64,000 nt of DNA, taken from Candidatus Bathyarchaeia archaeon (lineage in GTDB: Archaea > Thermoproteota > Bathyarchaeia > Bathyarchaeales > Bathycorpusculaceae). Positions 28,410 through 37,314 of this stretch are shown here, piece by piece. Position 1 is the stretch's first letter, and each line of letters begins with the position of its first letter. The stretch covers positions 9,121 through 73,120 of the forward strand of contig JBMFMB010000003.1 in assembly GCA_049970895.1 (NCBI GenBank). The letters run 5' to 3'. A program made the translations under genes and the position numbers. The notes below the pieces were generated by a model. The model did not search any database. It had not been told where the DNA came from and worked only from the letters and a program-made list of their open reading frames with translations.

Positions 28410-29204
28410 TTACCTTTTTAAATAGGCATGAATTCCGCTTTTTATGTCTAACAACGCTAGAGCGGCTTTAACCTTAAGCTCAAAAACCACATATTCATCT
28501 TCCACAAATAACGGTGTTCCATTTAACGCTTCCAAAACAATTTCAGGAGTCGCAGAATCCAAGTCGATGATGTCAACCTTATCCTCGTCAACATTCAAGG
28601 CTTTTGCCACGTCTATAGCAAGTTCTCCCAAATCATATAGGTCATGGGGCTTCCCGAAGTATACGGAAATGTCATAATCGCCTTTCAAAGAATATCCTTT
28701 AGCTCTACCGCCAAACAAAAACGCCGCCTTAACCCTTCCCTTAAACACTTCCTGCAGATTTCTCTGCATTTCATCAACGGCTGGGGGGTCTATGGTTCTC
28801 CCCTTTAAGCCTTCCCTAAGGGTTTTAGCGATTCTAGGAGCGTCTTCCACAAGTCTGCTCGCCGAACTAATCAATATATTTTTGTCGACAATGGCGTAGG
28901 CGTGCACAAGGAGGTTCCTCATACCAGCCATGGACTTCAAAACTTTAGCATCCTTTTCGTCCAATAATCCTAGGTCTGCCAATAGAGTACCTATCTCCGA
29001 ATATCCTTTAGGTGTTCTCCCACCTACGGCTGAAATTGCCATAATTCCCAAGTCCAGAAGCGCTTGTATTACTAGCTGAACGAGTCTTTCTGTTCCCCTG
29101 TAACTTCTCTCGCTCTTTAACTCTTTTACAAGTTCCGTCAATTGGTTTACCTGCTGATCTACTCTCTCCATTATTTTCAATCTTATCCCGACTTTCACGA
29201 CCAC
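28410..29204 (-). CDS. Fused HEPN (DUF86/HepT) RNase and minimal nucleotidyltransferase (MNT)
   Basis: N-half ERLVQ...MRNLLVHAY; C-half LFGGRAKG....GDYDI...KVDIIDL. Confidence 0.85.
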   Translation of the reverse strand: MVVKVGIRLKIMERVDQQVNQLTELVKELKSERSYRGTERLVQLVIQALLDLGIMAISAVGGRTPKGYSEIGTLLADLGLLDEKDAKVLKSMAGMRNLLVHAYAIVDKNILISSASRLVEDAPRIAKTLREGLKGRTIDPPAVDEMQRNLQEVFKGRVKAAFLFGGRAKGYSLKGDYDISVYFGKPHDLYDLGELAIDVAKALNVDEDKVDIIDLDSATPEIVLEALNGTPLFVEDEYVVFELKVKAALALLDIKSGIHAYLKR

Positions 29205-29242
29205 TAATTAATAATGCGCTCTAAGTTTTATTTATTTGCTGG

Positions 29243-30169
29243 CTATGCTGTGCTCATTACAACCTTTGCAAGGCGGATTGAGTCTTCAAGGCTTTTCATT
29301 ATGGTGTTTGTTACAGTAACTTTTATTCCAAGCTCTTCTATGCGGCTTTTCTGCTCCTTGTCAGCTTCGTCGATTATGAAGTGTTTTAGGATTTTTCCAT
29401 AAAATTTTGCCACACCGTAAGCTGATGGCTCATAGCCCATGCTTGCCATCACCCTGTCGGCTGGTCCTTTTAGGGCTTTTCCACCCACTATTGGGCTTAT
29501 GCCCACTATCGGTGCTTTAGCGTTTTCCAGCGCCATTTTTATGGCTTTTATGGCTAGGATTGGAGCTATGCTTAAAATTGGGTTGCTTGGGCAGATTACT
29601 ATGCGTTCCGCCTCCTCTATCGCCTGGATAACACCCGGTGATGGTTTCGCTTTCTCCGCTCTTTCAAAAATCACGCCTGTAACGTTGTCCATGGTTCCCC
29701 TTTTTACGAAGTATTCCTGGAATTCAAGGAGCATGTTGCCAGACCTAATCTTTGTTCGCACGGGATCATCGCTCATTGGTATAAGATTGGCTTCAACTCC
29801 AAACATTTTGCACAATTTTGCCGTGGCTTGCGAGAGCGCCATGCCTTCCCTCAACATTTTTGTCCTTATTATGTGGGTAGCCAAGTCCTTGTCTCCAAGG
29901 CGGAACCATGTTTCAAATCCTAGGCGTCCCAGCATTTCGAGGCAGTTAAAGGTGTCATTGGCTACTCCCCAGCCTTTTGTTTCGTCCACCACGCCCGCAA
30001 GCGTGTACATTATTATGTCCAGGTCTGGGCTTATGTGAAGCCCGTAGAGCTCTATGTCGTCGCCAACGTTGCCAATTATGAAGAGGTTTTTCGGTGGAAC
30101 CACTTTCACAAGTCCTCTAATGAGTTTTGCTGCTCCAACACCGCCAGCCAGAGCCACAACATTGCCCAT
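29243..30169 (-). CDS. cofD: 2-phospho-L-lactate/PEP transferase
   Basis: LAGGVGAAK, NVGDD, SPDLD, WFRLGDKD, FQEYFV and PSNPILSI. Confidence 0.95.
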   Translation of the reverse strand: MGNVVALAGGVGAAKLIRGLVKVVPPKNLFIIGNVGDDIELYGLHISPDLDIIMYTLAGVVDETKGWGVANDTFNCLEMLGRLGFETWFRLGDKDLATHIIRTKMLREGMALSQATAKLCKMFGVEANLIPMSDDPVRTKIRSGNMLLEFQEYFVKRGTMDNVTGVIFERAEKAKPSPGVIQAIEEAERIVICPSNPILSIAPILAIKAIKMALENAKAPIVGISPIVGGKALKGPADRVMASMGYEPSAYGVAKFYGKILKHFIIDEADKEQKSRIEELGIKVTVTNTIMKSLEDSIRLAKVVMSTA

Positions 30170-30226
30170 GAAACCACACCCTATATTAATTGGCTTTCAA
30201 CTCATAAAAGTGCTTGTAAAGGTGTC

Positions 30227-30871
30227 ATGAATTTGGATGCGGTTGAGCTTATTAAGACTAGGCGGAGCATCCGCAAGTTTAAGCCAACCAAAGTTTCCCG
30301 CGAAGTTATAAGCACCATATTGGATTTGGCTAGGTGGGCTCCTTCAGCGCATAATTCCCAGCCTTGGCGCATAATAATTATAGATGATGATGCTGTGAAG
30401 GAGAGGCTTGCCACATTAATGGGGAAGGCTTGGCTTTCAGATATGCTTAAGGACGGCGTCCCAAAAAGCAAAGCAGAAGAAATTGTTAGGGCTGAGAGTT
30501 GGCAACGGATAACGGAAAGCCCAGTAGTCCTCATAGCTTGCCTAACAATGGAGGACATGCACAAATATCCAGATAGAAGGCGGCGGAAGGCGGAGTATTT
30601 GATAGGCGTCCAAAGTGTTGCAGCCTACATTCAGAATCTGCTTCTTTTGGCGCATTATTATGGGCTTGGAGCATGCTGGGTTTGTGCGCCCCTATTTTGC
30701 CAAAACGCTGTGAGAAAAGCGTTAGGCTTACCCAGTGAAATTGAACCTCAAGCAATGGTCATTATGGGATATGCAGCCGAGAACCCAGAGTCTCCGCCTA
30801 GGAAGCCTTTGGAGGCGTTTTCCAAATTCAATTTTTGGACAAGGCGGAGAACAAAAGAGAGGGAATGTTAG
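30227..30871 (+). CDS. FMN nitroreductase resembling the FbiB C-terminal domain
   Basis: RRSIRKF, APSAHNSQPW, QSVAAYIQNLLL and GLGACWVCAPLF; start reassigned to ATG 30227. Confidence 0.85.
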   Translation: MNLDAVELIKTRRSIRKFKPTKVSREVISTILDLARWAPSAHNSQPWRIIIIDDDAVKERLATLMGKAWLSDMLKDGVPKSKAEEIVRAESWQRITESPVVLIACLTMEDMHKYPDRRRRKAEYLIGVQSVAAYIQNLLLLAHYYGLGACWVCAPLFCQNAVRKALGLPSEIEPQAMVIMGYAAENPESPPRKPLEAFSKFNFWTRRRTKEREC

Positions 30872-30887
30872 CAGTTTAAATGCTATT

Positions 30888-31613
30888 CTATTTCCTAAAC
30901 TTTTGAAGCCTCGTCAAGAGTTCTTTGTCGCCTTCATAGTCTCCGGCGCATGTTGCTATTACGCCATCCACCAAACCCTCAAGTTTTGATGCTGTTTCCT
31001 CAACTTTTTCCATGGTTGTTGTTACTGGCCAACCAATTAATTTGACCATTTCCGCGTTTTTGGGGGTTCCGACTAGGAAGTATGTGTATACGGGCTTGTT
31101 TAGACGTTTGCACTCCTTTGCCACCTGCTCCAGTGCTGGGAAGGTTTTGTCTTCAAGCCTCATGAAGAAGACGAAGTCCCATGGCTCCTTTACCCTTGCT
31201 ACGCTTTCCTCGATGGTTCTGCGTGCAGTTAGTAGGCATCCTAGTTTAACGTTTTTTAGGCGTATTGTTGTGCGTAGAAAGTCTCGCGCCTCCTCTGAAG
31301 ACTTAAACATCTTTATCGGCTCGCCATATTTTGGTATATCTCCCATGGTGATTACAAGTCCATCCAAGCCAACGGCGTCGGCAGCCAAAGCTAAGCCTCC
31401 CACTTCTACGGGTCCCTTGTAGTGGAGTATGAATATTGGTATGACAATCTTGTCTGGATATTTGGTTTTGAGGACGCAGCCCACCGCTGTGCCGCTGGGC
31501 GCCGGCATCCCAGCAGCACTGTCAGTTATGTTCCAACCGTCAACAAGGTCTTTAACTTCCTCTGCAAGCTTCAAAAATTTGCGTGTGGGGACAAACTCGT
31601 GCAATATTTTCAT
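30888..31613 (-). CDS. Divergent methylenetetrahydrofolate reductase (MetF)-like TIM-barrel protein
   Basis: EFVP, NITDSAAG.P and LVITMGD.P motifs typical of the MTHFR N-terminal half. Confidence 0.6.
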   Translation of the reverse strand: MKILHEFVPTRKFLKLAEEVKDLVDGWNITDSAAGMPAPSGTAVGCVLKTKYPDKIVIPIFILHYKGPVEVGGLALAADAVGLDGLVITMGDIPKYGEPIKMFKSSEEARDFLRTTIRLKNVKLGCLLTARRTIEESVARVKEPWDFVFFMRLEDKTFPALEQVAKECKRLNKPVYTYFLVGTPKNAEMVKLIGWPVTTTMEKVEETASKLEGLVDGVIATCAGDYEGDKELLTRLQKFRK

Positions 31614-31766
31614 TGAAACTCATCTCGCCCTTTTAAAGAGAACAAATTTAGCATTAAAAATTTTTGCATACAAAACGCCGAAACTATGATTTAAAACATG
31701 CTTTACGCTTGAAGGGGCGAAATTGTAAAGAGCATCACCAAGTATAACATTGTTCGTGAACGCGGT

Positions 31767-32525
31767 ATGAATATAATCCAAATAATAGGTGTTGAAGGCT
31801 TGCCAATTATAAAGGCTGGAGATAACCTTGCTGAGCTCATTTGCAAGGCTGCTGAACGCCAAGGAACGCCAATACAGGACGGCGACATAATAGTCATAAC
31901 GCATGTTGTTGTTTCAAGGGCTGAGGGTCGTGTTGTAAATTTGGATGAGGTTACACCCTCGCCTTTTGCGAAAACGGTTGCTGAGCTTTATGGGAAGGAC
32001 CCGGCTATGGTTGAGGTTGTCCTTAGGGAGGCGAAAAGCATTAGGCGCATGGCTGACGGGAAAATAATAACCGAGACAAGGCATGGGTTTGTTTGTGCTA
32101 ACTCCGGAGTTGACAAGTCTAATGTTCCGGGGGAACGCTTTGTGGCTTTACTTCCCGAAGACCCTGATGCTTCCGCTGCTAGGATTAGGCATGAAATAAA
32201 GCGTTTAACGGGCTGTGATGTGGCTGTCATAATTTCGGATACTCATGGCAGACCCCTAAGGGAAGGCGAAATAAATGTGGCTGTTGGTGTTTCGGGCTTA
32301 AAACCAATAAGGGACCGCCGGGGCGAGAAGGACTTGTTTGGCTATGTTTTGCGGGTTAAGCAGACAGCCGTTGCAGACGAGCTTTCTTCAGCGGCTGAGC
32401 TTGTTATTGGGCAGGCGGATGAGGGTGTTCCAGTGGCTATCATCCGCGGCTACAAGTACATAAAATCTGAGGATGCGAGGGCTACTGAGCTTATAAGACC
32501 GAGGGAGAAAGACCTTTTTCTTTAA
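31767..32525 (+). CDS. cofE: Coenzyme F420-0:gamma-glutamyl ligase, paralog 2
   Basis: VSRAEG, CANSGVDKSN, LLPEDPD, SDTHGRPLREG and DLF. Confidence 0.93.
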   Translation: MNIIQIIGVEGLPIIKAGDNLAELICKAAERQGTPIQDGDIIVITHVVVSRAEGRVVNLDEVTPSPFAKTVAELYGKDPAMVEVVLREAKSIRRMADGKIITETRHGFVCANSGVDKSNVPGERFVALLPEDPDASAARIRHEIKRLTGCDVAVIISDTHGRPLREGEINVAVGVSGLKPIRDRRGEKDLFGYVLRVKQTAVADELSSAAELVIGQADEGVPVAIIRGYKYIKSEDARATELIRPREKDLFL

Positions 32526-33529
32526 TGGGGGGCTGCTTGGTGTCTGGCAAAGTCGTTTCTCTTAGGGAGGTTGAAAGCCTAGAAGTAATATGCCTAATGG
32601 ACAACTGTGTTGATTTCACGTCTTCCATCAGCCGCCGAGAAGTTCAAGGCGTTAGAAGTTGGGTTGAAAAGCGCATGGGGAAAGATTGGGTTAAAAAGAA
32701 TTTTTGTCTGCCGATAGCTGAGCATGGCTTGTCAATGCTTGTTACAGTAGCTTGCAACGGGAAGCAGCACAGCGTGCTTTTTGACACTGGTGTAAGTCCG
32801 GAAGGGGCTGTTTTAAATGCACGTGGTATGGGCATAAATTTGGGACAAATTGAGGCTGTTGTCTTGTCTCATGGGCATTACGACCATTTTGGCGGACTTT
32901 TAAGCTTTGTTAGGGCTGTTGGTAGGGCTGACATGCCAATAATAGTTCATGAAGATATGTTCAAGACGAGAGGTGTAGCCTCCATGGATGGCTCTGTTAG
33001 GCGATATCCAGAATTCCCCCAAGAGACGCAAATTCGCCCAGCAAAATACGTGAAGACAAAGGAGCCTTACCTACTGGCTGACGGCGCGTTACTTGTAACT
33101 GGCGAAATTCCAAGAGAAATGGATTTCGAGAAGGGCTATACGCAACATCGAGCCCTTGTTGATGGCAAGTGGCAGCCAGACCCATGGGTTTGGGATGACC
33201 GTGCACTGGTTGCCCACGTCAAAAACAAGGGGCTTGTCATATTGTCTGGGTGCGCCCACGCTGGAATAGTTAACACTGTACTTTATGCCAGAAAAATAAC
33301 TGGAATTGAGAGGGTTCACGCCATTATTGGCGGTTTCCACTTGTCTGGGAGGGACTGTGAGGAGCGGATAGGCAAGACTGTGGATATGCTTAAACATTTT
33401 AAGCCTGAATTGATTGCGCCCATGCATTGTACTGGTTGGAGGGGTGCCTTTGCAATCGCAAGTGCCATGCCGGAAGCCTTTGTCTGGAATAGCGTTGGGA
33501 ACCTATACACTTTTGAGTTTGGCGTTTAG
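32525..33529 (+). CDS. MBL-fold protein (COG1237, MJ0301-like pterin-pathway family)
   Basis: AEHGLS, LSHGHYDH, SGCAHAG, GGFHL and PMHCTG. Confidence 0.85.
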   Translation: MGGCLVSGKVVSLREVESLEVICLMDNCVDFTSSISRREVQGVRSWVEKRMGKDWVKKNFCLPIAEHGLSMLVTVACNGKQHSVLFDTGVSPEGAVLNARGMGINLGQIEAVVLSHGHYDHFGGLLSFVRAVGRADMPIIVHEDMFKTRGVASMDGSVRRYPEFPQETQIRPAKYVKTKEPYLLADGALLVTGEIPREMDFEKGYTQHRALVDGKWQPDPWVWDDRALVAHVKNKGLVILSGCAHAGIVNTVLYARKITGIERVHAIIGGFHLSGRDCEERIGKTVDMLKHFKPELIAPMHCTGWRGAFAIASAMPEAFVWNSVGNLYTFEFGV

Positions 33530-33620
33530 TTTTAGGCTTGTGATTTGTTTTCTTGGAAGCTAAAAATTTAAAAGTGAGGTTTTGAAAATAAAGCATTCCA
33601 AAATTGTGAGTTGAGATTCG

Positions 33621-34667
33621 TTGATAAGGGAGAAAAGACAAACTCCATTCTTTAAAAAGAAGCTTGAGCCGATAGAAGTTAAAGTTCCAAAGAAAATCTC
33701 GGAACTGCTTGCTGAAATGGCTAAAACTGGTTTTCAAGGCAGAAAACTTGGCGAATTAGTGGAAGTATGGGAGGAAATGCTCAAAGACGACGTTGTAATC
33801 TTTTTCGGGTTTGCCGGCTCCATGAGCACCACGGGACAGTGGAAAATTGTCAATTGGCTTATTGAACACCACTTCATAGACGTTATAGTTTCCACAGGCG
33901 CTAATATTTCAGAAGACATTTTAGAAGCCATGGGCGGCACTTATTGGCAAGGGCATCACATGGTGGACGACCACCAGCTTTTAGAGTATAAAATTGACCG
34001 CTTCTATGACGTTTTTGCAGATGAGCTTGAATACCGTCAAATGGAAAGCCTCATCGCCAACTTCATGAAAAAGCTTAGTCCAAACCGCAAATATTCTTCG
34101 GCTGAATTTCTATACTTGTTTGGGAAAGAGCTTTCCCAGATGGGGATTAAAAGCATAGTTGCAACAGCCTACGAGAACAAGGTGCCAGTCTTCTGTCCAG
34201 CCATAGTTGACAGTGGCTATGGAATCGCTTATCTCCTAAACAGAAAGCTTGAAAGCAACTTTGACATAACCGTCGACCAGATGCGGGATTTTGAACAGCT
34301 TGTGGACATAAAAGCTAAGGCAGCTCCGGAAAGCGGCGTAGTCTACATTGGCGGCGGAGTGCCAAAAGACTTCATCCAACTAACCACTGTGGGAAGAAGC
34401 CTAACAGAATCTAGGAAATATGAGAGGACATATCCGCATAAGTATGCCATACAGATTACGACCGATGCTCCACATTGGGGAGGGCTTTCTGGCTGCACTT
34501 TCGAGGAGGCTATAAGCTGGGGCAAAGAAGCAAAAGAAGGGCGGAATGTGCAGTGCTACTGCGATGCTACAATAGCCTTGCCAATAATTGTTCACGCCTT
34601 GGCGGAAAAGGTTGATAAGAGGGCGAAGGTTCCAGACTTGTCTTGGCTGTTTAAGGGCTTAGAATAG
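33621..34667 (+). CDS. Deoxyhypusine synthase-like paralog (possible homospermidine synthase)
   Basis: TGFQG, STGAN, PAIVDS, GGGVPKDF, WGGLSG, EAISWGK and DATIALP. Confidence 0.88.
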   Translation: MIREKRQTPFFKKKLEPIEVKVPKKISELLAEMAKTGFQGRKLGELVEVWEEMLKDDVVIFFGFAGSMSTTGQWKIVNWLIEHHFIDVIVSTGANISEDILEAMGGTYWQGHHMVDDHQLLEYKIDRFYDVFADELEYRQMESLIANFMKKLSPNRKYSSAEFLYLFGKELSQMGIKSIVATAYENKVPVFCPAIVDSGYGIAYLLNRKLESNFDITVDQMRDFEQLVDIKAKAAPESGVVYIGGGVPKDFIQLTTVGRSLTESRKYERTYPHKYAIQITTDAPHWGGLSGCTFEEAISWGKEAKEGRNVQCYCDATIALPIIVHALAEKVDKRAKVPDLSWLFKGLE

Positions 34668-34683
34668 TCTATCGGCGTGTCCG

Positions 34684-35616
34684 ATGGAGAAAGTGAAAGA
34701 CTTTGAAGTTTCGAAGGGTGCTTCCGCAGACGCCATTATCCGGCAGATGCTTGAAAGCGGAGGCTTCACAGCCAAAAACCTCGCTGTTGGCGTCGAAATC
34801 CTCGAGGCGATGCTGAAAGAACGAGAAATCCTCAACTTCCTCTCTTTCCCCGCCTGTATTATCGCCACTGGCACGAGGGGTATAATCCGCGACATGGTTA
34901 AACAAAAATGGTTCCATGTTCTGATCACAACTTGCGGCACTTTGGACCACGATTTAGCACGCTGCTACCGAGACTATTACCATGGCGATTTTTACATAGA
35001 TGACAGAGAACTGCACCGGAAAGGCATAAGCCGAATAGGCAACGTGCTGGTGCCAAACACTTCCTATGGCGAAATCATCGAAGAGAAAATGATGGAATTC
35101 TTGAAAAGTATATATGCAGAGGGCAAACGTGAACTAGCCACATACGAGCTTTGCTGGGAAATTGGCAAACGCCTCAACGAAAACTCAGTATTACATTGGT
35201 GCTGGAAAAACCGCATACCCGTAATAGTACCAGGCATAACAGATGGGGCTGTTGGCTACCAGTTGTGGATGTTCAGCCAAGACCACAAAGACCTAAAAAT
35301 AAACGTGCTCAAAGACGAGCAACTCCTAAACGACATGGTCTGGCAAGCCAAAAAATCCGGCGCCCTAATTATAGGCGGAGGAATATCAAAACACCACGTG
35401 CTATGGTGGAACCTATTCAAGAAGGGCTTGGACTACGCGGTTTACATAACAACAGCCGTCGAATACGACGGAAGCCTATCTGGAGCCAGACCCCGCGAAG
35501 CAATATCATGGGGAAAAATCCGCGAGAAAGCAAAAACGGTAACCATAGAGGCAGACGCCACAATAGCCCTACCAATAATGTATGCAGCTATTCTCGAAAG
35601 GATACAGCACATTTGA
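34684..35616 (+). CDS. dys: Deoxyhypusine synthase
   Basis: GGFTA, RIGN, PGITDG, GGGISKHH and DGSLSGARPREAISWGK. Confidence 0.93.
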   Translation: MEKVKDFEVSKGASADAIIRQMLESGGFTAKNLAVGVEILEAMLKEREILNFLSFPACIIATGTRGIIRDMVKQKWFHVLITTCGTLDHDLARCYRDYYHGDFYIDDRELHRKGISRIGNVLVPNTSYGEIIEEKMMEFLKSIYAEGKRELATYELCWEIGKRLNENSVLHWCWKNRIPVIVPGITDGAVGYQLWMFSQDHKDLKINVLKDEQLLNDMVWQAKKSGALIIGGGISKHHVLWWNLFKKGLDYAVYITTAVEYDGSLSGARPREAISWGKIREKAKTVTIEADATIALPIMYAAILERIQHI

Positions 35617-35628
35617 GGCGAGTAACAC

Positions 35629-36408
35629 GTGAAAGTGGCTGTTTCCGGTAAGGGTGGTGTTGGCAAAACATTGGTGGCTGCTGGTTTGGCTTATGCTTTA
35701 GCCAGAAGAGGGTTTAGGACTATTGCCATTGATGCTGACCCCTCGCCTAATCTTGCCTTAACTTTGGGATTGTCTTCCGAGGAAGCCAGCCGCATAGTGC
35801 CCATATCTGAGAATAAGCAACTTATTGAGGCTAAAACAAGCACTGGTTATTCAGGCGTTTTCCGCTTAACCTTTACAGTTGATGATATTGTTCGTGATTA
35901 TGCTATCCAAACACCTTTTGGTGTGAACCTCATTGTTATGGGGACTGTGCGTTCTGTTGGGGCTGGGTGCACTTGTCCAGCCAACGCCGTTGTCCGTTCG
36001 CTTCTTAGGCATTTGGTTGTTGAGCGGGATGAGGCTGTTGTCTTAGATATGGAGGCTGGTGTTGAGCATATGGGGCGGGGCACAGCGCGGCACGTGGACG
36101 TTATGCTTGTTGTTGTTAATGCTAATGTGAAGGCTCTTGAGACAGCCAAACGCATCCACGAGCTTGGCGTAAAAGCCGGAATGAACAGCATACTCCTCGT
36201 CGGGAACAAGATTGAAAATGAGGCTCAGAAAGAAGCTATTGAGAAATACGCGAAAGAAAACAGCCTAGAAGTTTTGGATTATTTGCCCTTTGACAAGATG
36301 GTTGTGGAGGCTGAGATGCAGGGAGAAACACCCCTAAAATATGGGGATGCCCCAGCCATCAAAGCCATAGAACGTTTATGCGACAGACTTTTGCGAGGCA
36401 ACACCTAA
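35629..36408 (+). CDS. cooC: CODH nickel-insertion ATPase
   Basis: GKGGVGKT, GCTCP and DMEAGVEH. Confidence 0.92.
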   Translation: MKVAVSGKGGVGKTLVAAGLAYALARRGFRTIAIDADPSPNLALTLGLSSEEASRIVPISENKQLIEAKTSTGYSGVFRLTFTVDDIVRDYAIQTPFGVNLIVMGTVRSVGAGCTCPANAVVRSLLRHLVVERDEAVVLDMEAGVEHMGRGTARHVDVMLVVVNANVKALETAKRIHELGVKAGMNSILLVGNKIENEAQKEAIEKYAKENSLEVLDYLPFDKMVVEAEMQGETPLKYGDAPAIKAIERLCDRLLRGNT

Positions 36409-36458
36409 TAATGCCCAAGGCAACAGGATAAACAAGCCACAAATGGAGTTGAAAAAAC

Positions 36459-37229
36459 ATGAAAATTCTTGTCACTATGGGGCGGGGTGGAACTGGCAAA
36501 ACAAGCTTCGTAGCCCTAATGACAAAATACTTCATAGAGTTAGACGAGGCTCCACTGCTTCTTGTTGATGCTGATCCAGACCAGAACTTGGGCGAAATGG
36601 TTGGCGTAGACCTCCATGCAGCTGGCAAAAAGTCCATTTCAGAGCTTCTTGTGGAAACCTTCCTCGAAGAGGGTGGAACTACTGTTGGTATTCCGCCGAC
36701 GGAGCGCATTGAAAGCCGAATTTGGGCACATGGAATGTACGAGGGCGAAAACTTCGACTTTATTGCCCTTGGAACAAAGTGGGTTGAGGGTTGCTATTGC
36801 CTACCAAACGCAGCCCTGAAGGGAGCTTTGGAGTCGCTCACAAAAAACTATAAGTATGTCCTAATCGATTCGCCTGCCGGCTTGGAACATCTGAATAGGC
36901 GGATAACATCCAAGGTGGACGACATCTTCGACGTCATAGACCCTTCGAAAAAGTCTTTTGACCATGTTGAGCGTGCTTACCGTGTAGCCAAGGAGGTTAA
37001 AATCGTCTTCCAGAACTTTTATGTTGTTGGAGGTTTCCGTTTTCCAGAAAGCCTAGAAGACCAGGCTAGAAAGGTTTTGCCCTTCAAGTTTTTGGGTAGG
37101 GTTGCCTACGACGAGAATGTTGAAGAGTATGTTCTTGCCGGAAAGTCCTTGCTGGGCTTGCCGCCGGAGACGCCGGCTTATCTTTCTGTTAAGAGGATAT
37201 TGGAGGATGCTGGTTACTGCAAGGCATAA
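36459..37229 (+). CDS. cooC: CooC/AcsF-type nickel-insertion ATPase
   Basis: GRGGTGKT, GCYC and DSPAGLEHLNR. Confidence 0.88.
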   Translation: MKILVTMGRGGTGKTSFVALMTKYFIELDEAPLLLVDADPDQNLGEMVGVDLHAAGKKSISELLVETFLEEGGTTVGIPPTERIESRIWAHGMYEGENFDFIALGTKWVEGCYCLPNAALKGALESLTKNYKYVLIDSPAGLEHLNRRITSKVDDIFDVIDPSKKSFDHVERAYRVAKEVKIVFQNFYVVGGFRFPESLEDQARKVLPFKFLGRVAYDENVEEYVLAGKSLLGLPPETPAYLSVKRILEDAGYCKA

Positions 37230-37314
37230 TCACTAATCTCGTATGAATTTTGGCGCAACATTCTAGAAAAGCTTAAAATGTTGGCTGACGACATTAAACC
37301 TTCTACCCTAGGTT

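Noticed and set aside
30035-30226. Long N-terminus of the nitroreductase ORF
   Set aside because: Overlaps cofD on the opposite strand; family similarity starts near 30227
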